A DNA stretch of 64,000 nt from Octopus vulgaris (Eukaryota). The position numbers and the translations under genes are program-made. Below, piece after piece: positions 26,800 through 41,354 of this stretch. The stretch lies in assembly GCA_951406725.2 (NCBI GenBank), contig OX597820.1, positions 43,958,001-44,022,000 on the forward strand, written 5' to 3'. How positions within the stretch are numbered: position 1 is the stretch's first letter; each line of letters starts with the position of its first letter. The notes under the pieces are model-generated. The model was not told the DNA's origin. It ran no database searches and worked only from the letters and a program-made list of their open reading frames with translations.

Positions 26800-27069
26800 A
26801 TTGCTTGTGTTAGATTATGAATTTGTTTGTTTTTATTAACCATACTGTTTATGTGTTGCATTATTTTAAAACGCATCGTCCGATTTTAAAAGATGCGGCC
26901 TTTTGACTTTCATGGCCCACTGATGCGGTCCTCGCTCTTATAGGTTGGCCCACCACTGCTTTAACCAATAACAGTATTCTGTCTTCAATCCAAATTTCCC
27001 CTTTTCGAAGTTACATACAAACCTCTCAACCTTCGCTTTCCCAACTAAAATTAATAGTCTCCCTTTATT

Positions 27070-27413
27070 GAGGGCGCGTGGCTTAGTGGTTAGGGCATTC
27101 GGCTCATGATCGTAAGGTTGTGAGTTCGATTCCCGGCGACGCGTTGTGCTTGAGCGTTGTCCTTGAGCAAGACACTTTATTTCACGTTGCTCCAGTCCAC
27201 TCAGCTGGCAAAAATGAGTTGTACTTGTATTTCAAAGGGTCAGCCTTGTCACTCTCTGTGTCACGCTGACTATCCCCGAGAACTACGTTATGGGTACACG
27301 TGTCTGTGGAATGCTCAGCCATTTGCACGTTAATTTCACGAGCAAGCTGTTCCGTTGATCGTATCAGCTGGGACCCTCGTCGTCGTAACCGGCGGAGTCT
27401 TAAGTCTTTAAAC
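27070..27413 (+). mobile_element. SINE family B variant with 14-bp TSD
   Basis: A box tggcttagtgg, B box gagttcgattcc. TSD agtctccctttatt at 27056-27069 and 27414-27427. Confidence 0.9.
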
Positions 27414-28744
27414 AGTCTCCCTTTATTCTTCGTCTCCACACTGTTCTTCTCATCCGTAAATAAGTACAACTTTGTGAGATAGTCTTTTATTGTAAATTAA
27501 AACTCGATATATGAAACGATTACAAGGATGACAAACTTCAAATCTGGTGTATGTGTGTGTGTGTCTGTGTGTTAAGGAACGCAGAAACGGGAAAATTGCT
27601 CGGAGTAGCGACCAAATATTCTATCAAGGTGCAAGAATGAGTGAACTCCTTCCATTAGTTGTCTTTATAATCTTTCTACATACATTGAACGGGCGAATAC
27701 ATACATGTACGCGCATATATACATACACATAAATACACATATAGATGTGCTGCTGTTATGTAAAGCGATATATGAAAGCAGTTGAACAGTAAATTGAAGG
27801 ATCACTCAGTATATTTTAGCAGAGTAGATAGATAGACAGACAGAAGGACGGACGGACGGACGGACGGACGGACGGATGGATAGACGGAGTGGGAGATAGA
27901 GGGAGTAAGAGAGAGAAAGAGAGAGTGCGTTACTCGGTAGTTGTTATAAGAATATAATGATATATAAGGTAAACTTCATTTCCATGAAGCCTCACTGGAA
28001 ATCGTAAACAAATTAGTTACATCACAGTTTTATTCTCTCTGCCACAACAAAGAGAATCGACTCACGTAATTTCATGTTGTGTTAACCTCTCATCAAAGAT
28101 CACCTGTCCACTTTCTGCGCTCAAAAAGAATCGTGTCTCATAGCTATTTCTTGTGTACATAACCTTTAGTCTGCGTATTTTTGTATAATAATGCTGGTGA
28201 TGGCAACGTTTAATTGATTATTTAAAAGTTCACTACTGCATAACATGTCTTTTAGGATAGTTTGAAACGTAAAGTAATACCTGCTAGTATGTGATTTAGT
28301 AAATACATAATGTAGCCCATCAGCGGGTTGTAAATAAAGCAATTACTCAAGAGAATATTCTATTCAAAGAGAACCTAGCTGTGTGATTGCCAACTACATT
28401 CTAAGATATACCTTACATTTCAAACTATCCTTGAATTTCTTTCTAATTTTCGCACAACGACAGTAACGTTGAATGAAGACCAAGTCGATTATATCGACCC
28501 CTATGTTCAACTTGTACTTTATTTTATCGACGGCGAAATCAGTGAAAGGCGAAGTTGACCTTGGTAGCATTTGAACTCATAACGTAAAGAGCCGGAAGAA
28601 ATGCTTGCTAAGCATTTTCTCGAACGTGATAAACGATTCTGCCAGGTCAAAAAAAAAATAATATTCGAAAATAACAACCGTGTAGCTCTATCGTCTAATT
28701 CATTCATAACAACAAAATTATGCAAAAATTATGGTCTGTCAGAG

Positions 28745-28805
<61 letters not shown>

Positions 28806-29084
28806 ATATATATATATATATATAGGTGGAAAGTGTGTGAAAGAGCGTAAAATAGAAATAGAAAGAAAACTCAATTTAAAGGTTAAAAATAATTTGAAAG
28901 GACGGAAACCGGTCATTTCTTCAAACTATGCGTTTATAAAAATTTAAAATTCGACATGACTCAAATATATATTTTAACCTAAAAAAGTCTTAGTTTTCCT
29001 TTACTATTTTCTCTCTCTCTCTTCTCATATATATATATATATATATTATATATATAATCATTCTCGGCTTTAGATAAGCAAGTG

Positions 29085-31580
29085 TTCCATTTGGCGGAGG
29101 AGGTTTCTTGGCAAAAAAAAATTCCACCCTTATGGGGCGAATTTTAATTTCATATTGTATTGTCTTGGCACATATTTGTTCACATTTTTGAAACATGGCC
29201 TCCAGTCATGAAGAGGGCTACGCACCCCACCTTCGCCTCAAACTGAAATTTATGAAATAACCTTTCCTCTTCTCCCGCATTACGAAAAGGGAGTGAGAAA
29301 CGAAGGATTTGCAGTCGAAAGCACATTTTCCAACGCTACCACAACCAGAAAGACAACAGTAAATCTCGAAGAAAAAGTTATTAAACCTAACAGTTGCGGT
29401 TTCGCAGCTTTAGCTAAAGTACAAGAGCAAATAGAAATAATAAAGATTTGAAAATGTTCAAAAATGTAATTCAGATAAACGGCACAAATGTCTCTTTAAT
29501 GCCCCCTAGTGAAATCTCACAGTGCATCTTACTACGAACTGTATTTTATATAACCCTATCACTAAAAGGCAAAAAAATTGACCATACACCAAAAGAACTT
29601 ATCGAAAAGAGTTTGCAGCCTATCTGGAATAAAACTAAATACGTGACTAGAAGGGAAAGGTATGGCACCGTGGAGGCAAGGTTCGACTCGGAACACCAAG
29701 CCAAACTACACGCCACAATGCCCCTAAAAAACGGACGAACTAGTGTTCCTGCCAACATATCTCGGACGGCAAGTATCGAAAATAAAGATTGGGGAGGTAC
29801 CCCTGAGATTGACGTCCTTTGGCTGGTAGCGGCCGTCACGCTTGATAATGAGGAAAACATCGATATACTACAGATAAATAAACTACACCAACAAAACTTG
29901 TGGGGAAAGGCAAATTCAGGAAAATCAACAGGCCCTTGGAAGCATTCCAGGTATAATCCACTTGCCTGAAGGTGTAGGGATGGAAACCGATGTGCTATTT
30001 CTACAGGCAGAGGGACCACCTCAGAGTCCTTTGCCAACTGCGAACAAACTAGAAACGCCTCCTCCAGCAATGGAAACTCCACAACAGCACCTACAACAGA
30101 AAACACAGGATATTCGGAAGACGTAGCCAAAGAACACTCCACAGTGCCCCTAAAAGCGAACTTGCTGGCGCTCCTGCCGACCTGTTTGCTCGATGTTGAG
30201 TACAAAATAAACATACTACAAATTTCCAAACAGTATCAACAGATCTGGTGGGGGCAGGGAATAGAGTTGCTAAGCCAAGCAAACCAACAGGACTTAGAGC
30301 AAATGCCAGGCTTGATAAACATACTATTGGCACAATACTGCGCGTGTTGGTGGACGGGTGTAGACCCAGGTGCTACCGATGTGAGTAAAAAGACCACCTC
30401 ATAGCCTCCTGCCCTCTGGAAGCAAGAGATATAAACCACCCCCCAACAAAGGAGACACTCCAACAGATACCAACAACACCAACCCAGAATGCACCACAAA
30501 CCTCCCCACCACCCACTGAAACAGCTAAGTTCATACAACCTACAGAAGATATATGAAAGCCTACCGCAGCGGACACCACCATAGTCCTGAATCCAGTATT
30601 AGAAACTATTGCACCAGCCACAGAGGAAGGTTCGCATTCTACACACTCAGACAGTATACCAACAAAACTAATCCAATGGAAGACACACAAAACCCAAAGG
30701 ATTTTATCTCACGCCGAGTTCGGACTCTACTGACAACAGCGACGAATGGAGAGCAATATCCAAAAGAAAAACAAAAGAGTCCACCCCAACACCGTAGCGC
30801 AACACAGATGCACAACCATATTCACTCACTTACATCATCAGCGCCACTGCCAACCCCGCACACCAAACACACAGTCACAAACCTCACAGCCATCAACACA
30901 ACAAACACATATCTCATGAAATACACACAAGGCATCACGCCGTACAGGTCCATTACCCCGCAATCACATATCCCCAAGCACGTTCGAGTTGTAAACATAA
31001 ACAGTGACATTTGCGTTCAACTAAAAGACAAATAGCCCGATGTCATAAGAAATCTTCAAAGAACATTCACAAAGCACTTATACAAAAATTTAATTGAGGA
31101 TACCCCACAAGCCCCCCAAGGGAGTGGGGAAAATTCTTCACTCCCCCTAGGACACAACGTAAGTAATTCCTCACTTCTTTTTAACTTTTCTCTCATGCTC
31201 TTGCTCAAGCTAGGCAGCATAAGTGTAGGTGGCCTGAGATCGCATTGGAAGCAAGGGTACTTGCGCAACGATCTCAGGTCACTGGATTTGGATGTAATAG
31301 TCATTAGTCTAACTTGGGCGTGAATTCCTAAGTTTTACCCGAGCGGTCTGTTTTGATCGTGGGTCGTCGGGTCTCCACGTCCAACACAACATGTTCCTCC
31401 TTTCGGAGTACCACCTTGTTATTCTCATTTATATTTTAAATTTTCTAACTTCACACTTGTTACCACATTTTACATGCCATCACTTTGTTATTTCATTTGG
31501 TTATCGATTATATTTATGCCCACCACCCTGTCTGTCCTGTAGTGTTCCTCTGTGTAAAACCCTTAATGGGCAATAAAGAA
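29085..31580 (+). mobile_element. Internally deleted L1/Tx1-type LINE: 5'UTR, decayed ORF1, start of the APE endonuclease, then 3'UTR
   Basis: ORF1-like RRERYGTVEARFDSEHQAK, a frameshifted zinc-knuckle-like segment near 29990-30040 and a Pro/Thr-rich tail. Around 31200-31305 it reads LKLGSISVGGLRSHWKQGYLRNDLRSLDLDVIVI (APE N-terminus). It ends in gggcaataaagaa. Confidence 0.7.
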
Positions 31581-32264
31581 TTGATGATTTATTTATAGTG
31601 ATCAAATGTTCGTGCACACATAAACGCACTCCCTCCATCAATTCGACATTACCTGTACAGGTGCACCGTGAGCTACAATTGAGATGGCGAAATGATCGCA
31701 GAGCAACGTGAAACAGAGTACTTTGCCCAAGAAGACAGTGCAACGCCCATGAGTGTAACACCCTAACCACTGAGCCAGGCGCCTTCATTCATACATATAT
31801 ATATATGTGTATATATATGTCTTTTACTGTTTTTATCTTTATTTGTACTGTTTTTTCTTCATTTGTATTGTTTTTACGTCCTGTTCTTGTTTATTTTTTT
31901 TTACCCCTCCGCAAAAAACTTTTATTTAATTCATTTTGCGGGAAGGATTGCTTCGGTGTGGTCGTGTTCTGCCCTTACCTTCGAAACACGCATTGAATCG
32001 AAACAGGGACAGCTGAAGAAGAGCAATGTTCCTTGTGTTGTTTGTCTTGTACTCTGTTTTTTCGTTGTTAAAAAAAATAGTCCGTTTCCTTGTTTGGTTT
32101 TGTTTTCGTTTCTCTGTTTATACGATACTAGTTCTACGTTTATTTGCAGTGTCCTGTACTCATATATGCATGTATATATACATCTAGATGTATGTATGTA
32201 CATATATGTATGTATTTATGTATGTATGTATGTATGCATGTATATGTTTAATTTATTAAATTGT

Positions 32265-32295
<31 letters not shown>

Positions 32296-32315
32296 ATGAT
32301 AAATCTCAGAGCGAG

Positions 32316-32389
<74 letters not shown>

Positions 32390-32928
32390 ATTATATTCAA
32401 ATCAAAATATTCGCATGTATGCATTTATGCACAGTCACCGCTCTAACACACACACGCACCAGAAAAATATATATTAGAACTTTAGAAATCCGTACTTCCT
32501 CTATCAATGTATCGTATTTGTCAAGCTTTAAGTTTCATAATGGGTGATATTTTGAACGAGAATGTAAGGTTTCTTCGGTAATACAGTTAGATATTGCTAT
32601 ACAATTTACATACTATTAATCACTAAATCAAAAATGTAACTTGATTGGAATATTTTCTAAATGAGTCTGTTTTGATAAAGAATTACTGTCTATCGTGTTT
32701 ATCATATTTATCCTGCTTAAAATCCAATATTTCTAACGGAGAACAGTTTTGCTGGAGATAAAAGCGTTCTTAACTGAGAAGACATATGAAGTTATAAACA
32801 AGAAACTATTACCACAATGTTGCATTCCCATTCACAATACGGAGGCATATAATCGTGTACGTATTTTGTTTCGTTACGCATATATATATACGATATGTGA
32901 AAATTGATAGGAAGATATTTATTATGTA

Positions 32929-33318
32929 CTAGCATTATACCCCGGCGTTGCTCGGGTTTATTTCCACACTTTAGAATTGGAAATTTGAAAAGTAAAATTT
33001 TGGATTATGTAGCTTGTTATTCTCTTTAAGTGAACATTTTTCTGGTTGAAATACACCGAAAAATGACGACACAGCAGTCAAAAAATCGTAAAAAATAGGG
33101 ATTTTCATAGGAAAAAAAGCGCGTTTTTGATGTAAATACTTTTTGGTGTTAACATGGTCCGATTTGAATTTTTTCTTCTACGGAAGGAAGAGCAAGCCTT
33201 CTATCATACTTTCAATTTTGGTCAATTTGCGCTGCAGGGTCTCGGAGGAGATAGTGTTAGTTCAAGACTACCAAACCTGCCACACACACACAGACAACTT
33301 CAGCTTTATATATATAGA
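32929..33318 (-). mobile_element. Complete non-autonomous Helitron (~390 bp)
   Basis: Minus strand: A|TCtatatatataaagctg ... cccgagcaacgccgggg hairpin, tataatgCTAG|T. This gives 5' TC, 3' CTAG, an AT target and no TSD. Confidence 0.85.
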
Positions 33319-33332
33319 TTTGTGTAGACATA

Positions 33333-33549
33333 CGAGGAGGTGCTGAAAAGTTCCTGGCTTTGGGAAAATGAAAATACAGGAGAATCAGTTAATTACGATT
33401 TTACTCAACATATTCCCCTCTCGGATTCACACACTTATTGCAGTGGTCCTTCAGTTTGTCTAAGCCCTGTAAAAGAACGCGGAATTTTGCACCTTCAACC
33501 AGGTCTTTCGCGACACTCTTAAAGCCAACAAGTTTTTTGCAACCTCTCG
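33333..33549 (-). mobile_element. Mariner-derived MITE, second copy in opposite orientation
   Basis: TA flanks, TIR cgaggaggtgctgaaaagttcctggcttt; internal sequence is the reverse complement of 11034-11250. Confidence 0.8.
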
Positions 33550-34527
33550 TACAGTTATTGTCCATATTTACATATCATATTTCAAAATCAGTACTCAGAG
33601 GTTTAGGCAGAGTAATTTTAAGAAAACACTGTCGTATTTATTGTACTAAGTAAAAGTCAAGATGGCGTTGTGGTGCATGATGCGCTTTAAGTATTGCATT
33701 TGTTCCCACAAAGAGAGAAAGCAAACGTTTCATACTCTATCTGTAAGTCGATACGATACTAGTTCTGTTATACTGCTCATTATTGCAGTGAAGTATTTTA
33801 TGATCTGATATCTCTCAGTTGATAATAAATTGTACCTTTTAATATAATTTTTCTATGGGGTAATTCTGTCCAAGATACTGCACTTTTGGTGTGCACATAA
33901 CTATTCATCTTTTGGCGTATGCACTTTGAAAACGATAAAATTGTTTTCTTTGTGACGGTGTTTGAAAGAGCTCGTGTTATCTAAATCGACTCCTTCAGTT
34001 CCTTATCTTTTAAACCAATATATAGCACAATGTTGGCATTTTGTCTCATTTCCAGTGGCCTGATACATGATGCAGCTATTCATGTACTGGTTATTCAGGG
34101 TATACAACTCGGTATTTCTACATTTACATCAGCTTAACAGAAAAGTGGTTTAATATTCAGCACATTAGCTTTCCTCCCAAGAAAATAGGTGTCGATGGAA
34201 AGCTATCACTTCCGTAGTTCAAACCTTGCCTTTGTCAACCGCCACCATGTATTAATGTATGTTTGTGATGGTACACTCTAGAGATCAACTGTAATCGGGG
34301 CGGAGGATCAATCATACACATTTTGTTGTACACAGTTTAATCGTTCGTTAGGAACACAAACTGTTATATCAGCAAAAGAAGTAATAGGGAAAAGTAAGAA
34401 TTTAGCTTGGGAGTTAATGCTTACAGATTGAATGATTAACAATCGATCAGACAGCCTTCTGTTTTGGGTGTACCTGTGATGTAGCTGCAGTAGAAGCAGC
34501 AATATTCAGGAAAAATGTACTGTACGC

Positions 34528-34920
34528 TAATGTGGAGGCGCAATGGCCCAGTGGTTAGGGCAGCGGCCTCGCGGTCGTAGGATCGCGGTTTCGATTCCCA
34601 GACCGGGCGTTGTGAGTGTTTATTGAGCTAAAACACCTAAAGCTCCACGAGGCTCCGGCAGGGGATGGTGGTGATCCCTGCTGTACTCTTTCACCACAAC
34701 TTCATCTCACTCTTACTTCCTGTTTCTGTTGTACCTTGTATTTCAAAGGGCCGGCCTTGTCACTCTCTGTGTCACGCTGAATATCCCCGAGAACTACGTT
34801 AAGGGTACACGTGTCTGTGGAGTGCTCAGCCACTTACACGTTAATTTCACGAGCAGGCTGTTCCGTTGGTCGGATCACCTGGAACCCTCATCGTCGTAAC
34901 CGACGGAGTGCTTCCACTCC
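34528..34920 (+). mobile_element. SINE family B, complete, tRNA-Arg-like head, 9-bp TSD
   Basis: ggcgcaatggcccagtggttagggcagcggcctcgcggtcgtaggatcgcggtttcgattccc. TSD actgtacgc at 34519-34527 and 34921-34929. Confidence 0.9.
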
Positions 34921-36202
34921 ACTGTACGCAGCTAGAAGATGGTCAGTAAGATGATCAGAGCTGGAAAATATTCCGTCGCTAAGGATAGATTGCATAACCT
35001 TGCAATGTAGTTATGTCAACGCTGTCATTAAGTGATAGCCATTAAAGATTATCAGAGATTATGAGGCTAAGCATTTGTAGCAAACTTGGAGGTTTTACAT
35101 ATGTATTATTGATGAGTAAGTTTGAAATATAGGTATAAGGTATCGCTTAAGATCTCAAGATTTTATATTTATAGAAATAAAGTAAATATATGAAGAAGTT
35201 TCTAGATTCTCACGTGTGTATGTGTTTGTGTGTGTATTAAAATTATCAAAATTGCTTGCAAAAGCCGGTACAATTCAAGAAAAAATTGAGTGAAAACAGG
35301 CAAAACTAATTTTTTTCCAAATATTTCCGTGTTTCGAATTGAAACATCGAACGAAAGTGTAGCATGTATTTTTTGCAAATATATGCGGGGATAGTAAGAC
35401 TACAACATCAACTGGAAGGCTAAATCTTTTTTAATGCGGATTGCTTCTTCAATCCTCAAATTTCCAAAATTCCATTCAATAACTTTGGTAGTTCTCCAAA
35501 TGTTTCCAACTTAGAGTGGATGCTCTATATATTCCGGGAGGAATATTTCTGCTGTAGGATATACCACATTTATTATGAACTATGTGGTACACCACGTAAA
35601 TTATCAATCACGCATCCACACTATTGATGAGGGAGATGATTAATGTTCACATACTGTTGTTGTGTATTAGATGATTCCCATACAAGAGAGTCTTCAGAAA
35701 AGACCCAGAGTTTACCCGCTGAATGTCCAGCCTTTGCCTATGGATTACGTTACGGCTGGTAGCAGTAATCCAATACTTAAAGTGTGGCAATTTTAGGAAA
35801 CGCGTGTTATTACTAGAGATATGAACATTACTTGGAGATTTATGAGCATTGTTATGTTTTGCGATGTATGTTGGGTATTCGTTGTCCATTAGAAAATTTT
35901 GAAACTGCTTGATGTCGGTGAACTAATCTTCTTTGGTGCATTTGTTTCGCAACTGTGAGATTTTGTCCCATAAGTAAGCACCCTTCGATCTAAAGAATAA
36001 GATTGATCCGTAATGAATAAATATGCCCCACTAAATCACCTTCCTGCGAAATTCGGTGTTGTTGGGTTTTGATTTTATGCTTTAATATAATTCATTTTGA
36101 GTTGAGCCTGTCAGGTTTTTGATAATTATAGTTAGTTTGCATGTGATTGATTTTAAACCTGAAATCGAACAGAGAGAGAGATGAGAGAGATGAGAGTGAG
36201 AG

Positions 36203-36237
<35 letters not shown>

Positions 36238-36724
36238 GATTAGGTGATGTTGGGGTGTTCTATTTCAAAATCTATGTTGTCGTCAGTGTTGTTTAAACTT
36301 TGTGATATTATAGTGCTACCAGTAAATTCCTGCGGTTGAAGCAATCGGTCACGCTGTGCAAGGGGATGGTAAAAAGGTGTTACGCTTGAGAGGGAGAGAG
36401 AGAGAGAGATTCAAAGGAATGCTGCAACTACGTGCACACATGCACACACATACGAACGTTCTGGTGCATACAGACGTGCAACACACTGAGACATTTAGCT
36501 GGCTGTATTATGTGTGTATGTGAGTATGAGAGAGTGGGGCTATATGTACATGTGCGCACAGAATAATCGTTCGTATGCATGGGGGCTAAAGTAAAACTTT
36601 TAGGGAAAGCATTATTTATCCTTAAGTTGTAAAAGAGTAAAATATACCACTTCGGTAGTTTTAGTTTTCTTTTTAATTCGATTTACTGCGTTGTATTTTA
36701 AATATGGAATTATGTTATATATAC

Positions 36725-36792
<68 letters not shown>

Positions 36793-36807
36793 TGATGTGT
36801 GTATATA

Positions 36808-37125
36808 AGCGTGGAGGATTAGTGGTTGGTGTATTCAGCTCCCAATAGGAAAGTCGTGAGTTCGATTTGATTCCTGACGGCACATTGTCTCCTTCAGTAA
36901 ACCACTTTATTTCAAGTTCCTCCAGTCCGCTCAGCTGTCAAAAATGAGCTGTGCGTGTAACTCAAAATGTCAGCTGTGTTACACACCGTGTCACGCTGAA
37001 TCTCCCTGAGAACTCCGTTAAAGGCACGCCTGTTTGTGGGATGCTCAGCCATGTGCACTTAAATTTCAGGTGCAAGCTGTTTCATTAGTCGGATCATCTA
37101 AAAACCTCGTAGTTGACGGGGTGCC
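36808..37125 (+). mobile_element. SINE family B variant, diverged
   Basis: Colinear with 27070-27413. Confidence 0.75.
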
Positions 37126-37134
37126 AGGGATCAT

Positions 37135-38245
37135 CCGGACTCCCACCTTCGCCGTGAACAGGAATTTAATCTCTCTTCGCTCCTTTGTGCCATATGGACT
37201 CAACTCCTCTCCCCTCTTTGTCTGACTCCCCTCCTCTCCTCTCTTCATTTCACACCTACTTTCCCTCTTCCTCTCCTGTCTTCATCTCACACCTACTTCC
37301 TCTCTTCACTCCTACCCACCTTCTCCCTTTATCGAGTACCCCCTCCATCCACAACCCAACCTACACATCCCAACCCCGCCACCACACACCGCCCCTATAC
37401 ATCCTACATCCTCACTCCAAACCCACACACCACCACACAATCATTCTCATACCCCACCCTTGCATTCCCACACCCCAACACCGCCACACCACACCATACA
37501 CCACTACACCACATCATGCCACACCACACTACACACCACACCACATTACATCACCCCGCACACACTAGCACTGACCACTTCCCAGCACCCACAACATCAT
37601 CTACACACCCACACATTACAGACGCACGCACTTACAGACGCACACATTCACACATCAAAGCCACCAGCACTTATCCACGCGCGCACACTTACACACTGTC
37701 ACATACACACGCACGCGCACCTTCGTTTTGCGATCACTTATACTTTATTATCAGACAATACAACTCTACAAATGACATCGTTTGGTGCATCTAATAAGAT
37801 AGATGGACATGAATTTACGCCGACGTGAAAGTTCAAGGGCAGATCTATCACCTCATTGGTTCTCTGTTACCAACAAATGAACAACCACAGTTCCTCCAAA
37901 TTTACCTTATGAGTGATGTAGGACAATAAACCCGAAGGAGGTGCCAATATTTTAGATGATGGGTCGTGTTAGACACAGCGCCGACTGCAGCAAAAGAGAG
38001 TATATCCACAGACAGCTTTTCGGTTGCGTTCAAAAACCACATAAACCCCACAAGTAAGGGCCTGAAATACACCAAACGGACGCATAGCATGTTGCTTAGT
38101 CAACCTAGCCCATCATTTACTCCACAAATGTTTTGTTGTCAATGCTGCACTTTCCCATATCACCTGTTTCAACATAACTGTAATATATTATATTATATAC
38201 AAACTATGCCATTTTAATCCCGGGCAATGCCGGGTATCTCTGCTA

Positions 38246-38246
<1 letters not shown>
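37135..38246 (+). mobile_element. Internally deleted Helitron
   Basis: 37772-37920 reads MTSFGA...FTPT*KVQGQIYHLIGSLLPTNEQPQFLQIYL, a RepHel N-terminal motif. The 3' end is cccgggcaatgccggg (hairpin) then CTAG|T at 38243-38247. The 5' boundary is uncertain. Confidence 0.8.
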
Positions 38247-38281
<35 letters not shown>

Positions 38282-38481
38282 GGCTATATCTATCAGTTTA
38301 TCTCTCAGTATATTTACACTTATATCTATCTAATGGCTTCTTAGGTTTACTCAATTTGTCTACTTATCAATTAAGGAAAAGTGAACGACCTCTCAATAAT
38401 GTACCTGTAATGACTACTGGAAACAGCTATAAACCAAATTTGCTCCAATAAAGAGAAAATATGTAATGATCATTATCCTTA

Positions 38482-38563
<82 letters not shown>

Positions 38564-39278
38564 CATACATATATTGATATATATATATATATATTATTGT
38601 AATATTTACATTTTATATATCACTGTAGCACCGTATTAACGAGTCAATCGGATATTGTTATGTACCGCTGGTCACAATGCGCTTACTCGCATTTTGTCCC
38701 CTTTGAATGACGACACTCTGCAGATTACGCGGGCAGGACGACATTCCTCATGAATGCAATGCCAGTCTGTTGCAGAATTACCCATCTACAACTGATGTGT
38801 GTGTATGTGTGTGTGTTTGTGTATGTGCGTCTGTGTGTGTGTATAAGACTTTATGGCTCTATAACAATGTAAATTGCTTAAGTATATATCCTCACGAGTT
38901 TGGCTGAATCCATGATTGCAAGATATGTGCAGAAACGTACAAAACTTGGATTAAGAGAGTTCGAAAAAGCAAATAGACTATCTATCATGCACACACTGAT
39001 AGAGAGGCGCGTGTTTGTGTTTGTGTGTGTGTGTCTGAATGTGTCTGTATACTCCTGTCTATATATGTTGAAATATGAGTAAGTATATATAGGTGCGTGC
39101 GTATGCTTGTATGAATTTATAGGTTTATACACACACACAAACACACACTCGCACACACGTATATATATATATATATATATGCGTATAAATATAGATACAG
39201 TTGTGTATGTATGTATGTATGCGCTCAATAAAATGTTAGGCATCTCTCATATACTTATATAGAATGTTTTTATTCCAT

Positions 39279-39336
<58 letters not shown>

Positions 39337-39481
39337 TACACATACATACATTACATATGTATGTGCAAATATTTACATATGCATATATGTGTGTGTGTGT
39401 GTGTGAACTTTGTGCGTGTGTCTGTTCGATGTTAGCATCTAGATGCTTATGTTTACGTGCACATTACTCTGTGTGTGTATA

Positions 39482-39572
<91 letters not shown>

Positions 39573-40341
39573 AATTTTATTTCTTATTTCTATATGCAGT
39601 ATTATTTATGGAAAATACATGTGTATATAATTGTTTTTCTTTCTTTTTTTTTCAATAAAATCATGCTTTTGTTCGGTTATCATGAAATAAAATCCGAAAC
39701 TACCTCCCTGGGGGCTTTCTACGCGATCTTGCACGCATCTACATACGCATTACCACAGATAGACAAACGTACATCCCAACCTTTACGTATGCGCGTAAGT
39801 GTTTATGTAAATGTATACACATAACTATATCTACCAGTTTATCTATCTGTCTATCTACACATATATCTAATCTACACATTTGTATGCATGTATGTATATA
39901 TGCATATATATATATATATATACATACGTGTGTGCATATGTATATATACATAAATGTATAGCTATTTATATATATATATGTACATATATAAACATGTATG
40001 TATGGTATGTGTGTATGCATATATATATATATATATATACATATATATATAAGTACATTTTTATAGATACACCTATGTAACTGTATTTTTGTATGAACGC
40101 ACAAAGATATACACACACTCTTAAACATACATATATGTATGTATGTATGTATGTATGTATCTATGTATGTATCTATGTATGTATGTATGTATCCATGTAT
40201 GTATGTGTGTATGTGGAACCGCGTATCCATAACATAGACGAAATATTTTTCTAATACTAAACTTGCTTAAAATATAAAAGCAAAATATAAAAGAGAAAAC
40301 GTAGCGGCAGCAGCAGCAGTAGAAGTTGCAGCAGCAGTAGC

Positions 40342-40405
<64 letters not shown>

Positions 40406-40494
40406 TTCAACGTCGAGTGGCATTGTTTTATTCTTTTCATACTTTTACAAATGTGTTCTGTGCACATTCTTTTGTAGGTTTTCCAATGTTGCCT

Positions 40495-40557
<63 letters not shown>

Positions 40558-40848
40558 CTGTCTATCTCTCCCTCTCTCTCTTCTTTCTCTTCTTCACCTC
40601 TCTAAAGATGGTTAGATAAATAGATATAGATGTATAGATATAGTGTGTGTATATGTGTGTGTGTTTCAACGGTGGAAAGAGGCATTACTTAACATATTTT
40701 AAAAGTGTATTCAAACTGAATCCTTTTCCACGTGACCCAAGTTCCGAAGCATTGCAATCATCTCACAACGCAGATGTATGAAACTCGAGATGGGGGATTC
40801 AGGTTATCCAGCTTCAATCTACCTTACGTTTTTAATCCACGCAGATTT

Positions 40849-40918
<70 letters not shown>

Positions 40919-40990
40919 TTTCTCTGTTTCTTTCTCTCTCTCTTCCTCACGCACACAGACACATACGCAGGCGCTCAACACGCGCATGCA

Positions 40991-41039
<49 letters not shown>

Positions 41040-41354
41040 ATCTAGGTATCTAACTATTTATCTCTCTCCCTCTCTCTTTCTACACACACATACATTATAT
41101 ATATATATATACTTAAACATTATATAAACTTAATTCATTTAATTACGCACATATACACACATATATAAACATACATATATAGCTATAGTTTTTGTATATA
41201 TAATGTATGCTAAAACATGTAAGTGCCGAAACATTTTTATGCTGGAAGTTTGAATGTTTTTGTCGAAAGTTTTTGCTGAAAAACATTGCTCGCCTCAGCT
41301 ACGAGCAGTTAGGTCAGATCTGTCGACTGTGAGCACTTGAAATTAGCATATGTT

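Larger units (their letters stand above)
24343..26958 (+). mobile_element. Full-length decayed hAT DNA transposon (Charlie/SPIN/Buster-like)
   Basis: Imperfect TIRs caggggttcgcaaact / aggttggcccaccactg. 8-bp TSD ttttaacc (24335-24342) / ctttaacc (26959-26966). Internal transposase. Confidence 0.92.

Noticed and set aside
34533-34605. tRNA-Arg-like sequence (also at 27071 and 52800-52868)
   Set aside because: It continues into a SINE body and is bounded by TSDs, so it is a SINE head and not a tRNA gene.
33650-36060. Complex sequence around the 34.5-kb SINE; possible decayed transposase or exon on the minus strand
   Set aside because: Only short ORFs and no convincing motif.
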